A stretch of 64,000 bases of DNA from the human T2T-CHM13v2.0 reference genome, Homo sapiens. The position numbers and the translations under genes were made by a program. The stretch is from NCBI RefSeq assembly GCF_009914755.1, contig NC_060928.1. One strand, given 5' to 3'. Shown here piece after piece: positions 15,001-31,224 of this stretch. The notes under the pieces are model-generated. The model was not told the origin of the DNA and searched no databases. It was given only the letters and a program-made list of their open reading frames with translations. Positions within the stretch are counted from its first letter, which is position 1. Each line of letters opens with the position of its first letter.

Positions 15001-18000
15001 CTTAGGTACTTTGATAGTTTTTGTACAGTATATAATACATACTTTGGGTACTTTGATATTTTATGTACAGTATATAATACATAGTTTGGGTACTTTGATA
15101 TTTTATGTACAGTATATAATACATACTTTGGGTACTTTGATATTTTATCTACAGTGTATAATATATACTTTGGGTACTTTGATATATTATGTACAGTATA
15201 TAATACATACTTTGGGTACTTTGATATTTTATGTACAGTATATAATACATACTTTGGGTACTTTGATATTTTATGTACAGTATATAATACATACTTTCAG
15301 TAGTTTGATATTTTATGTACAGTATATAATATATAGTTTGGGTACTTTGATATTTTATGTACAGTATATAATACATAGTTTGGGTACTTTGATATTTTAT
15401 GTACAGTATATAATACATACTTTCGGTACTTTGATATTTTATGTACAGTATATAATATATAGTTTGGGTACTTTGATAATTTATGTACAGTGTATAACAC
15501 ATACTTTGGGTACTTTGATATTTTATGTACAGTATATAATACATACTTTGGGTACTTTGATATTTTATATACAGTATATAATACATACTTTGGGTACTTT
15601 CATATTTCATGTACAGTTTATAATATATAGTTTGAGTACTTTGGTATATTATGTACTGTATATAATACATACTTTGGGTACTTTGATATTTTATGTACAG
15701 TATATAATACATACTTTGGGTACTTTGATATTTTATGTACAGTATACAATATATACTTTGACTACTTTGATATTTTATGTCCAGTATAGAATATATAGTT
15801 TTGGTAGTTTGATATTTTATGTACAGTATATAGTTTGAGTACATTGATATTTTATGTACACTTTATTATAAATGTTTGGATACTTTCATATTTTATGTAC
15901 AGTATATAATACATACTTTGGGCACTTTGATATTTTATGTACAGTATACAATACATACTTTGGGTACTTTGATATTTTATGTACAGTATATAATACATAA
16001 TTTGGGTACTTTGATATTTTATGTACAGTATATAATGCATACTTTGGGTACTTTGATGTTTTATGTACAGTATATAATACATACTTAGGGTACTTTGACA
16101 TTTTATGTGCAGTACATAATACATACTTTGGATACTTTGTTATTTTAAATACAGTATGTAATACATATTTTGGGTACTTTGATATTTTATGTACAGTATA
16201 TAATACATACTTTGGTACTTTTATATTTCATGTACAGTATATAATATATAGTTTGGGTACTTTGATATTTTATGTACAGTATATAATACATAGTTTGGGT
16301 ATTTTGATATTTTATGTACAGTATATAATACATACTTTGGGTACTTTGATATTTTATGTACAGTATATAATATATAGTTTGGGTACTTTGATAATTTATG
16401 TGCAGTATATAACACATACTTTCGGTAGTTGGATATTTTATGTACAGTATATAATACATACTTTGGGTACATCGATATTTGATGTACAGTATACTATATA
16501 TAGTTTGGGTACTTTGATATTTTATGTCGGGTACAAAACAAATAGTTTTGGTACTTAGATATTTTATGTACAGTATATAGTTTGAGTACTTTGATATTTT
16601 ATGTACAGTTTATTATTAATGGGTGCTTTCATATTTTATGTACAGTATATAATACATACTATGGGCACTTTGATATTTTATGTACAGTATATAATACATA
16701 CTTTGGGTACTTTGATATTTTATGTACACTACATAATACATACTTTGGGTACTTTGATATTTTATGTACAGTACATAATATATAGTTTGGGTACTTTGAT
16801 ATTTTATGTGCAGTATATAACACATACTTTCGGTACTTGGACATTTTATGTACAGTATATAATACATAATTTGGGTACTTCCATATTTTATGTACAGTAT
16901 GCTATATATAGTTTGGGTACTTTGATATTTTATGTCCAGTATAAAATAAAAAGTTTTGGTAATTCGATATTTTATGTACAGTGTATCGTTTGAGTACTTT
17001 GATATTTAATGTACAGTTTATTAAAAATGTTCGGGTGCTTTCATATTTTATGTACAGTATATAATACATACTTTGAGCACTTTGATATTTTATGTACAGT
17101 ATATAATACATACTTTGGGTAATTTGATATTTTATGTACAGTATATAATACATACATTGGGTACTTTGATATTTTATGTACAGTATATAATATATAGTTA
17201 GGGTACTTTGATATTTCATATACAGTATATAATATATATTATGTGTACTTTGATATATTATGTACAGTATATAATATATAGTTTGGGTAATTTGATATTT
17301 TATGTACAGTATACAATATATAGTATTGGTACTTTGACATTTCATGTAAAGTATATAGTTTGAGTACTTTGATATTTTATATACAGTTTATTATAAATGT
17401 TTGGGTACCTTCCTATTTTATGTAGAGTATATAATACATACTTTGGGAACTTTTATTTTATGTGCAGTATATAATACATACTTTGGGTACTTTGATATTT
17501 TATGTACAGTATATAATACATACTATTGGTACTTTGATATTTTATGTACAGTATACAATATATAGTTTGAGTACTTTGATATTTTATGTCCAGTATAAAA
17601 TATATAGATTTCATACTTTGATATTTTATGTACTGAATGTAGTTTGAGTACTTTGATATTTTATGTACACTTTATTATAAAAGTTTGGGTACTTTCATAT
17701 TTTACGTACAGTATATAATACATACTTTGGGCACTTTGATGTTTTATGTACAGTATATAATACATACTTTGGGTTCTTTGATATTTTATGTACAGCATAT
17801 AATACATAATTTGGGGACTTTTATATTTTATGTACATTATATTATACATACTTTGGGTACTTTTATATTTTATGTACGGTATATAATACACACTTTGGGT
17901 ACTTTGATATATTATGTACAGTATATAATACATGCTTTGGGTACTTTGATATATTATGTACAGTATATAATACATACTAAGGGTACTTTGACATTTTATG

Positions 18001-18068
18001 TACAGTACATAATACATACTTTGGGTACTTTGATATTTTATGTACAGTATATAATGCATACTTTGGAT
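12060..18068. repeat. 6009-bp HOR copy 3
   Basis: Same landmark order and spacing as copies 2 and 4. Confidence 0.9.
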
Positions 18069-20783
18069 ACTTTGATATTTTATGTACAGTATATAATACA
18101 TACTTTGGGTACTTTGATATTTTATGTACAGTATATAATGCATAATTTGGGTACTTCAATAGTTTATGCACAGTATATAATACATTCTTTGGGTAATTTG
18201 ATATTTTATGTACAGTATATAATGCATACTTTGGGTACTTTGATAGTTTATGTACAGTATACAATACATACTTTGGGTACTTTGATATTTTATGTACAGT
18301 ATATAATATGTAGTTTGGGTACTTTGATATTTTAACTACAGTATATAATACATACTTTGGGTACTTTGATATTTTATCTACAGTATATAATAGATAATTT
18401 GGGTACTTTGATATATTATGTACAGTATATAATACATAGTTTGGTTACTTTGATATTTTTTGTACAGTATGTAAAACATACTTTGGGGAGTTTGATATTT
18501 TATGAGCAGTATATAATACACATTTTGGGTACTTTGATATTTTATGTACGGTATATAATACATACTTTGGGTACTTTGATATTTTATGTACAGTATATAA
18601 TTCATACTTTGGGTACTTTGATATTTTATGTGCAGTATATAATACATACATTGGGTACTTCGATATTTTATGTGCAGTACCCTATATATAGTTTGGGTAC
18701 TTTGATATTTTATGTCCAGTATAAAATAAATAGTTTTGGTACTTTGATATTTTATGTACAGTATATAGTTTGAGTACTTTGATATTTAATGTTCAGTTTA
18801 TTATAAATGTTTGGGTGCTTTCATATTTTATATACAGTATATAATACATACTTTGGGCACTTTGATATTTTCTGTACAGTATATAATACATACTTTGTGT
18901 ACTTTGATATTTTATGTACGGTATATAATACATACATTGGGTACTTTGATATTTTATGTAAAGTATATAATATATAGTTTGGTTAGTTTGATATTTTATA
19001 TACAGTATATAATATATATTATGTGTACTTTGATATATTATGTACAGTATATAATATATAGTATGGGTTGTTTGATATTTTATGTACAGTATATAATATA
19101 TAGTTTGGGTAGTTTGATATTTTTAGTACAGTATGTAATATATAGTTTGTTTTATTTGATATTTTATGTACAGTATACAATATATAGTATTGGTACTTTG
19201 ATATTTCATGTAAAGTATATAGTTTGAGTACTTTGATATTTTATATGCAGTTTATTATAAATGTTTGGGTACCTTCATATTTTATGTACAGTATATAATA
19301 CATACTTTGGGAACTTTTATTTTATGTGCAGTATATAATACATACTTTGGGTACTTTGATATTTCATGTACAGTATATAATACACACTTTGGGTACTTTG
19401 ATATTTTATGTACAGTATATAATACACCCTTTGGGTAGTTTGATATTTTATGTACAGTATATAATACATACTTTGGGTACTTTGATGTATTATGTACAGT
19501 ATATAATACATACTTTGGGTACTTTGATATTTTATGTACAGTATATAATACATACTTTGGGTACTTTGATATTTTATGTACAGTATGTAATACATAATTT
19601 GGGTACTTTAATATTTTATGTATAGTATATAATACTTACTTTGGGTACTTTGATATTTTATGGACAGTGTATAATACATACTTTGGGTTCTTTGATATTT
19701 TATGTACAGTATATAACATATAGTTTGGGTACTTTGATATTTTATATACAGTATATAATACATACTTTGGGTACTTTGATATTTTATGTACAGTATATAA
19801 TACATACTTTGGGTACTTTGATATTTCATGCACAGTATACAATATATAGTTTGAGTACTTTGATATTTTATGTACTGTATAAAATATATAGTTTTCGTAC
19901 TTTGATATTTTATGTACAGTATATAGTTTGAGTACGTTGATATTTTATGTACAGTTTGTTATAAATGTTTGGGTGCTTTCATATTTTATGTACAGTATAT
20001 AATACATACTTTGGGCACTTTGATATCTTATGTACAGTATATAATACATACTTTGGGTTCTCTGATATTTTCTGTACAGTGTATAATACATAATTTGTGT
20101 ACTTTGATATTTTATGTACAGCATATAATACATACGTTGGGTACTTTGATATATTATGTACAGTATATAATACATACTTTGGGTACTTTGATATTTTATG
20201 TACAGTATATAATCCATAGTTTGTGTACTTTTATATTTTATGTACAGTATATAATACATACTTTGGGTACTTTGATATTTTATGTACAGTATATAATACA
20301 TACTTTGGGTACTTTCATGTTTTATGTACAGTATATAATATATAGTTTGGGTACTTTGATATTTTATCTACAGCTTATAATACTTACTTTGGGTAATTTG
20401 ATATTTTATGTACAGTATATAATACATACTTTGGGTAGTTTGATATTTTATGTACAGTATACAATATATAGTTTGAGTACTTTGATATTTTTTGTGCAGT
20501 ATAAAATATATAGTGTTGGTACTTTGATGTTTTATGTACAGTATATATTTTGAGTACTTTGATATTTTGTGTACAGTTTATTATAAATGTTTGGGTACTT
20601 TCATATTTGATGTACAGTATATAATACATAATTTGGGCACTTTGATATTTTATGTACAGTATATAATACATACTTTGGGTACTTTTATATTTTATGTACA
20701 GTATATAATACATACTCTGGGCACTTTGATATTTAATGTACAGTATATAATACACACTTTGCGTACTTTGATATTTTATGTAA
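18069..20783. repeat. 6009-bp HOR copy 4 (partial, about 2.7 kb)
   Basis: Matches 12060-14774, then switches to a different variant of the same block at about 20784. Confidence 0.88.
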
Positions 20784-23700
20784 AGCATGTAATACATACT
20801 TTGTGCAGTTTGATATTTTATGTACAGTATGTAATACACACTTTGGGTACTTTCATATTTTATGTACAGTATGTAAAACATACTTTGGGTGGTTTGATAT
20901 ATTATGTACAGTATATAATACATACTTTGGGTACTCTGATATTTTATGTACAGTGTATAATACATACTTTGGGTACTTTGATATTTTATGTACAGTATAT
21001 AATACATACATTGGGTACTTTGATATATTATGTACAGTATATAATACTTACTTGGGGTACTTTGATATTTTATGTACAGTATATAATACATACTTTGTGT
21101 ACTTTGATATTTTATCTACAGTGTATAATATATACTTTGGGTATCTTGATATTTTATGTACAGTATATAATACATACTTTGAGTACTTTGATATTTTATG
21201 TACAGTATATAATACATACTTTGGATACTTTGATATTTTATGTACAGTATATAATACATACTTTGGGTACTTTGATATTTTATGTACAGTATATAATACA
21301 TACTTTCGGTACTTTGATATTTTATGTACAGTATATAATATATAGTTTGGGTACTTTGATATTTTATGTACAGTATATAATACATACTTTGGGTACTTTG
21401 ATATTTTATGTACAGAATATAGTTTGAGTACTTTGATATTTTATGTACACTTTATTATAAATGTTTGGGTACTTTCATATTCTATGTACAGTATATAATA
21501 CATACTTTGGTCTCTTTGATGTTTTATGTACAGTATATAATACATACTTTGGGTTCTTTGATATTTTATGTGCAGAATATAATGCATAGTTTTAGGTACT
21601 TTTATATTTTATGTACAGTATATAATACATACTTTGGGTACTTTGATATTTTATGTACAGTGTATAATACATACTTTGGGAACTTTGATATTTTATGTAC
21701 AGTATGTAATACATACTTTGGGTACTTTGATATTTTATGTACAGTATATAATACATATTATTGGCACGTTGATATTTTATGTACAGTATACAATATATAG
21801 TTTGAGTACTTTGATATTTTATGTCCAGTATAAAATACATAGATTTCATACTTTGATATTTTATGTACAGAATATTGTTTGAGTACTTTGATATTTTATG
21901 TACACTTTATCATAAAAGTTTGGGTACTTTCATATTTTACGTACAGTATATAATACATACTTTGGGCACTTTGATGTTTTATGTACAGTATATAATACAT
22001 ACTTTGGGTTCTTTGATATGTTATGTACAGCATATAGTACATAATTTGGGGACTTTTATATTTTATGTACATTATATAATACATACTTTGGGTACTTTTA
22101 TATTTTATGTACGGTATATAATACATACTTTGGGAACTTTGATATATTATGTACATTATATAATACATACTTTGGGTACTTTGTTATATTATGTACAGTA
22201 TATAATACATACTTAGGGTACTTTGACATTTTATGTACAGTACATAATACATACTTTGGGTACTTTGATATTTTATGTACAGTATATAATATATACTTTG
22301 GGTACTTTGATATTTTATGTACAGTATATAATATATGATTTGGGTACTTTTACATTTTATGTACAGTATTTAATATATAGTTTGGGTACTTTGATATTTT
22401 ATGTACGGTATATAATACATACTTTGGGTACTTTGATATTTTATGTACAGTATATAATACATACTTTGGGTACTTTGATATTTTATGTACAGTATATAAT
22501 ACATACTTTGGGTACTTTGATATTTAATGTACAGTATATAATACACACTTTGCGTACTTTGATATTTTATGTAAAGTATGTAATACATACTTTGGGTACT
22601 TTGATATTTTATCTACAGTATGTAATACACGCTTTGGGTACTTTGATATTTTATGTAGAGTATGTAAAACATACTTTGGGTACTTTGGTATTTTATGGTC
22701 AGTATATAATACATATTTTGGGTACTTTGATATTTTATGTACAGTATATAATGCATAATTTGGGTACTTCAATAGTTTATGCACAGTATATAATACATAC
22801 TTTGGGTAATTTGATATTTTATGTACAGTATATAATGCATACTTTGGGTACTTTGATAGTTTATGTACAGTATACAATACATACTTTGGGTACTTTGATA
22901 TTTTATGTACAGTATATAATATGTAGTTTGGGTACTTTGATATTTTAACTACAGTATATAATACATACTTTGGGTACTTTGATATTTTATCTACAGTATA
23001 TAATAGATACTTTGGGTACTTTGATATATTATGTACAGTATATAATACATAGTTTGGTTACTTTGATATTTTTTGTACAGTATGTAAAACATACTTTGGG
23101 GAGTTTGATATTTTATGAACAGTATATAATACACATTTTGGGTACTTTGATATTTTATGTACGGTATATAATACATACTTTGTGTACTTTGATATTTTAT
23201 GTACAGTATATAATTCATACTTTGGGTACTTTGATATTTTATGTACAGTATATAATACATACTTTGGGTACTTTGATATTTTATAAACAGTATATAATAC
23301 ATACTTTGGGTACTTTGATATTTTATGTACTGTATATAATACATACTTTGGGTACTTTTATATTTTATGTACAGTATATAATATATAGTTTGGGTAATTT
23401 GATATTTTATGTACGGTATATACTACATACTTTGGGTACTTTGATATTTTATGTATAGTATATAATACATACTAAGCGCACTTTGATATTTTATGTACAG
23501 TATATAATACATACTTTGGTTACTCTGATATTTTATGTACAGTGTATAATACATACTTTGTGTACTTTGATATTTTTTCTATAGTATATAGTTTGAGTAC
23601 TTTGATATTTTATGTACAGTTTTTTATAAATATTTGGGTGCTTTCATATTTTATGTACAGTATATAATACATACTAAGCGCACTTTAATATTTTATGTAC

Positions 23701-26700
23701 AGTATATAATACATACTTTGGTTACTCTGATATTTTATGTACAGTGTATAATACATACTTTGGGTACTTTGATATTTTATGTACAATATATAATACATAC
23801 GTTGAGGACTTTGATATATTATGTACATTATATAATTCATACTTTGGGTACTTTGATATTTTATGTACAGTATATAATACATAGTTTGTGTACTTTGATA
23901 TTTTATGTACAGTATATAATACATACTTTGGGTACTTTGATATTTTATATACAGTATATAATACATACTTTGGGTACTTTCATATTTTATGTACAGTATA
24001 TAATATATAGTTTGGGTACTTTGATATTTTATCTACAGCTTATAATACATACTTTGGGTACTTTGATATTTTATGTACACTATATAATACATACTTTGGG
24101 TAGTTTGATATTTTATGTACAGTATACAATATATAGTTTGAGTACTTTGATATTTTATGTGCAGTATAAAATATATAGTTTTCGTACTTTGATATTTTAT
24201 GTACAGTTTATAGTTTGAGTACTTTGATATTTTATGTACAGTTTATTATAAATGTTTGGGTACTTTCATATTTGATGTACAGTATATAATACATAATTTG
24301 GGCACTTTGATATTTTATGTACAGTATATAATACATACTTTGGGTAGTTTTCTATTTTATGTACAGTATATAATACATACTTTGTTTACTTTGATATTTA
24401 ATGTACAGTATATAATACACACTTTGCGTACTTTGATATTTTATGTAAAGCATGTAATACATAATTTGGGCAGTTTGATATTTTATGTACAGTATGTAAT
24501 ACACACTTTGGGTACTTTGATATTTTATGTACAGTATGTAAAACATACTTTGGGTAGTTTGATATATTATGTACAGTATATAATGCATACTTTGGGTACT
24601 CTGATATTTTATGTACAGTGTATAATACATACTTTGGGTACTTTGATATTTTATGTACAGTACATAATACATACATTGGGTACTTTGATATATTATGTAC
24701 AGTATATAATACTTACTTGGGGTACTTTGATATTTTATGTACAGTATATAATACATAGTTTGTGTACTTTGATATTTTATGTACAGTATATAATACATAC
24801 TTTGGGTACTTTGATATTTTATGTACAGTATATAATACATACTTTGGGTATCTTGATATTTTATGTACAGTATATAATGCATAATTTGGGTACTTTGATA
24901 TTTTATGTACAGTATATAATGCATACTTTGAGTACTTTGATATTTTATGTACAGTATGTAATACATACTTTGGGTACTTTGATATTTTATGTATAGTATA
25001 TTATACATACTTTGTGTAGTTTGATATTTTATGTACACTATACAATATATAGTTTGAGTACTTTGATATTTTATGTCCAGTATAAAATATATAGTTTTCC
25101 TAATTGATATTTTATGTACAGAATATAGTTTGAGTACTTTGATATTTTATGTACAGTATATAGTTTGAGTACTTTGATATTTAATGTTCAGTTTATTATA
25201 AATGTTTGGGTGCTTTCATATTTTATATACAGTATATAATACATACTTTGGGCACTTTGATATTTTCTGTACAGTATATAATACATACTTTGGGTACTTT
25301 GATATTTTATGTACGGTATATAATACATACATTGGGTACTTTGATATTTTATGTAAAGTATATAATATATAGTTTGGTTAGTTTGATATTTTATGTACAG
25401 TATATAATATATATTATGTGTACTTTGATATATTATGTACAGTATATAATATATAGTATGGGTTGTTTGATATTTTATGTACAGTATATAATATATAGTT
25501 TGGGTAGTTTGATATTTTTAGTACAGTATGTAATATATAGTTTGTTTTATTTGATATTTTATGTACAGTATACAATATATAGTATTGGTACTTTGATATT
25601 TCATGTAAAGTATATAGTTTGAGTACTTTGATATTTTATATGCAGTTTATTATAAATGTTTGGGTACCTTCATATTTTATGTACAGTATATAATACATAC
25701 TTTGGGAACTTTTATTTTATGTGCAGTATATAATACATACTTTGGGTACTTTGATATTTCATGTACAGTATATAATACACACTTTGGGTACTTTGATATT
25801 TTATGTACAGTATATAATACATACTTTGGGTACTTTGATATTTCATGCACAGTATACAATATATAGTTTGAGTACTTTGATATTTTATGTACTGTATAAA
25901 ATATATAGTTTTGGTACTTTGATATTTTATGTACAGTATATAGTTTGAGTACTTTGATATTTTATGTACAGTTTGTTATAAATGTTTGGGTGCTTTCATA
26001 TTTTATGTACAGTATATAATACATACTTTGGGCACTTTGATATCTTATGTACAGTATATAATACATACTTTGGGTTCTCTGATATTTTCTGTAGAGTGTA
26101 TAATACATAATTTGGGTACTTTGATATTTTATGTACAGCATATAATACATACGTTGGGTACTTTGATATATTATGTACAGTATATAATACATACTTTGGG
26201 TACTTTGATATTTTAAGTACAGTATATAATCCATAGTTTGTGTACTTTTACATTTTATGTACAGTATATAATACATACTTTGGGTACTTTTATATTTTAT
26301 GTACAGTATATAATACATACTTTGGGTACTTTCATGTTTTATGTACAGTATATAATATATAGTTTGGGTACTTTGATATTTTATCTACAGCTTATAATAC
26401 TTACTTTGGGTAATTTGATATTTTATGTACAGTATATAATACATACTTTGGGTAGTTTGATATTTTATGTACAGTATACAATATATAGTTTGAGTACTTT
26501 GATATTTTATGTGCAGTATAAAATATATAGTGTTGGTATTTTGATGTTTTATGTACAGTATATATTTTGAGTACTTTGATATTTTGTGTACAGTTTATTA
26601 TAAATGTTTGGGTACTTTCATATTTGATGTACAGTATACAATACATAATTTGGGCACTTTGATATTTTATGTACAGTATATAATACATACTTTGGGTACT

Positions 26701-29700
26701 TTTATATTTTATGTACAGTATATAATACATACTTTGGGTACTTTGATATTTTATGTACAGTATATAATACATACTTTGGGTACTTTGATATTTTATGTAC
26801 AGTATATAATACATACTTTCGGTACTTTGATATTTTATGAACAGTATATAATATATAGTTTGGGTACTTTGATAATTTATGTACAGTGTATAACACATAC
26901 TTTGGGTACTTTGATATTTTATGTACAGTATATAATACATACCTTGGGTACTTTTATATTTTATGTACAGTATATAATACATACTTTGGGTACTTTCATA
27001 TTTCATGTACAGTTTATAATATATAGTTTGGGTACTTTGGTATATTATGTACTGTATATAATACATACTTTGGGTACTTAGATATTTTATGTACAGTATA
27101 TAATACATACTTTGGGTACTTTGATATTTTATGTACAGTATACAATATATACTTTGACTATTTTGATATTTTATGTCCAGTATAGAATATATAGTTTTGG
27201 TAGTTTGATATTTTATGTACAGTATATAGTTTGAGTACATTGATATTTTATGTACACTTTATTATAAATGTTTGGATACTTTCATATTTTATGTACAGTA
27301 TATAATACATACTTTGGGCATTTTGATATTTTATGTACAGTATACAATACATACTTTGGGTAATTTGATATTTTATGTACAGTATATAATACATACATTG
27401 GGTACTTTGATATTTTATGTACAGTATATAATATACAGTTAGGGTACTTTGATATTTTATATACAGTATATAATATATATTATGTGTACTTTGATATATT
27501 ATGTACAGTATATAATATATAGTTTGGGTAATTTGATATTTTATGTACAGTATACAATATATAGTATTGGTACTTTGATATTTCATGTAAAGTATATAGT
27601 TTGAGTACTTTGATATTTTATATACAGTTTATTATAAATGTTTGGGTACCTTCATATTTTATGTACAGTATATAATACATACTTTGGGAACTTTTATTTT
27701 ATGTGCAGTATATAATACATACTTTGGGTACTTTGATATTTTATGTACAGTATATAATACACACTTTGGGTACTTTGATATTTTATGTACAGTATATAAT
27801 ACACACTTTGGGGACTTTGATATTTTATGTACAGTATATAATACATACTTTGGGTACTTTGATGTATTATGTACAGTATATAATACATACTTTGGGTACT
27901 TTGATATTTTATGTACAGTATATAATACATACTTTGGGTACTTTGATATTTTATCTACAGTATATAATACATACTTTGGGTACTTTAATATTTTATGTAT
28001 AGTATATAATACCTACTTTGGGTAATTTGATATTTTGTTGACAGTATATAATACATGCTTTGGGTAAGTTGATATTTTATGTACAGTATATAATATATAG
28101 TTTGGGTACTTTGATATTTTATATACAGTATATAATACATACTTTGGGTACTTTGATATTTTTTGTACAGTATATAAAACATACTTTGGGGAGTTTGATA
28201 TTTTATGAACAGTATATAATACACATTTTGGGTACTTTGATATTTTATGTACAGTATATAATACATACTTTGGGTACTTTGATATTTTACGTACAGTATA
28301 TAATACATACGTTGGGTACTTTGATATTTTATGTACAGTATATAATACATACATTGGATACTTCGATATTTTATGTGCAGTACCGTATATATAGTTTGGG
28401 TATTTTGATATTTTATGTCGAGTATAAAATAAATAGTTTTGTTACTTTGATATTTTATGTACAGGTTATAGTTTGAGTACTTTGATATTTAATGTTCAGT
28501 TTATTATAAATGTTTGGGTGCTTTCATATTTTATATACAGTATATAATACATACTTTGGGCACCTTGATATTTTATGCACAGTATATAATATATAGTTTG
28601 GGTACTTTGATATTTTATATACAGTATATAATATATATTATGTGTACTTTGATATATTCTGTGCAGTATATAATATATAGTTTGGGTTGTTTGATATTTT
28701 ATGTACAGTATATAATATATAGTTTGGGTAGTTTGATATTTTAAGTACAGTATGTAATATATAGTTTGTGTTATTTGATATTTTATGTACAGTATACAAT
28801 ATATAGTACTGGTACTTTGATATTTCATGTAAAGTATATAGTTTGAGTACTTTGATATTTTATATACAGTTTATTATAAATGTTTGGGTACCTTCATATT
28901 TTATGTACAGTATATAATACATACTTTGGGAACTTTTATTTTATGTGCAGTATATAATACATACTTTGGGTACTTTGATATTTTATGTACAGTATATAAT
29001 ACACACTTTGGGTACTTTGATATTTTATGTACAGTATATAATACACACTTTGGGTAGTTTGATATTTTATGTACAATATATAATACATACTTTGGGTACT
29101 TTGATGTATTATGTACAGTATATAATACATACTTTGGGTACTTTGATATTTTATGTACAGTATATAATACATACTTTGGGTACTTTCATATTTCATGTAC
29201 AGTATATAATATATAGTTTGGGTACTTTGGTATATTATGTACTGTATATAATACATACTTTGAGTACTTTGATATTTTATGTACAGTATATAATACACAC
29301 TTTGGGTACTTTGATATTTTATGTACAGTATATAATACACACTTTGGGTACTTTGATATTTTATGTACAGTATATAATACATACTTTGGGTACTTTGATA
29401 TATTATGTACAGTATATAATACATACTTTGGGTACTTTGATATTTTATGTACAGTATATAATACATACTTTGGGTACTTTGATATTTTATGTACAGTATG
29501 TAATACACACTTTGGGTACTTTGATATTTTATGTACAGTATGTAAAACATACTTTGGGTAGTTTGATATATTATGTACAGTATATAATACATACTTTGGG
29601 TACTCTGATATTTTATGTACAGTGTATAATACATACTTTGGGTACTTTGATATTTTATGTACAGTATATAATACATACATTGGGTACTTTGATATATTAT

Positions 29701-31224
29701 GTACAGTATATAATACTTACTTGGGGTATCTTGATATTTTATGTACAGTATATAATGCATACTTTGGGTACTTTGATATTTTATGTACACTATATAATGC
29801 ATACTTTGAGTACTTTGATATTTTATGTACAGTATGTAATACATACTTTGGGTACTTTGATATTTTATGTATAGTATATAATACATACTTTGTGTAGTTT
29901 GATATTTTATGTACAGTATACAATATATAGTTTGAGTACTTTGATATTTTATGTCCAGTATAAAATATATAGTTTTCCTAATTGATATTTTATGTACAGA
30001 ATATAGTTTGAGTACTTTGATATTTTATGTACACTTTATTATAAATGTTTGGGTACTTTCATATTTTATGTACAGTATATAATACATACTTTGGTCTCTT
30101 TGATGTTTTATGTACAGTATATAATACATACTTTGGGTTCTTTGATATTTTATGTGCAGAATATAATGCATAGTTTTAGGTAATTTTATATTTTATGTAC
30201 AGAATATAATACATACTTTGGGTACTTTGATATTTTATGTACAGTATATAATACATACTTCGTGTACTTTGATATTTTATGTACAGTATATAATACATAT
30301 TATTGGTACTTTGATATTTTATGTACAGTATACAATATATAGTTTGAGTACTTTGATATTTTATGTCCAGTATAAAATACATAGATTTCATACTTTGATA
30401 TTTTATGTACAGAATATAGTTTGAGTACTTTGATATTTTATGTACACTTTATCATAAAAGTTTGGGTACTTTCATATTTTATGTACAGTATGTAATACAT
30501 ACTTTGGGCACTTTGATGTTTTATGTACAGTATATAATACATACTTTGGGTTCTTTGACATGTTATGTACAGCATATAGTACATAATTTGGGGACTTTTA
30601 TATTTTATGTACATTATATAATACATACTTTGGGTACTTTTATATTTTATGTACGGTATATAATACATACTTTGGGTACTTTGATATATTATGTACAGTA
30701 TATAATACATACTTTGGGTACTTTGATATATTATGTACAGTATATAATACATACTTAGGGTACTTTGACATTTTATGTACAGTACATAATACATACTTTC
30801 GGTACTTTGATATTTTATGTACAGTATATAATACATACTTTGGGTACTTTGATATTTTATGTACAGTATATAATACATGTTTTGGGTACTTTTACATTTT
30901 ATGTACAGTACATAATATATAGTTTGGGTACTTTGATATTTTATGTACGGTATATAATACATACTTTGGGTACTTTGATATTTTATGTACAGTATATAAT
31001 ACATACTTTGGGTACTTTGATATTTTATGTACAGTATATAATACATACTTTGGGTACTTTGATATTTAATGTACAGTATATAATACACACTTTGCGTACT
31101 TTGATATTTTATGTAAAGTATGTAATACATACTTTGGGTACTTTGATATTTTATGTACAGTATGTAATACACGCTTTGGGTACTTTGATATTTTATGTAG
31201 AGTATGTAAAACATACTTTGGGTA

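Larger units (their letters stand above)
42..20783. repeat. 6009-bp higher-order (nested tandem) repeat, about 3.45 copies
   Basis: ORF-track landmarks recur at exactly +6009 (330/6339/12348/18357; 784/6793/12802/18811; 2507/8516/14525/20534; 5667/11676/17685) with nearly identical translations. The periodicity fails before about 42 and from about 20784 (GTAAAGCATG versus GTAACGTATG one period earlier). Confidence 0.95.
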
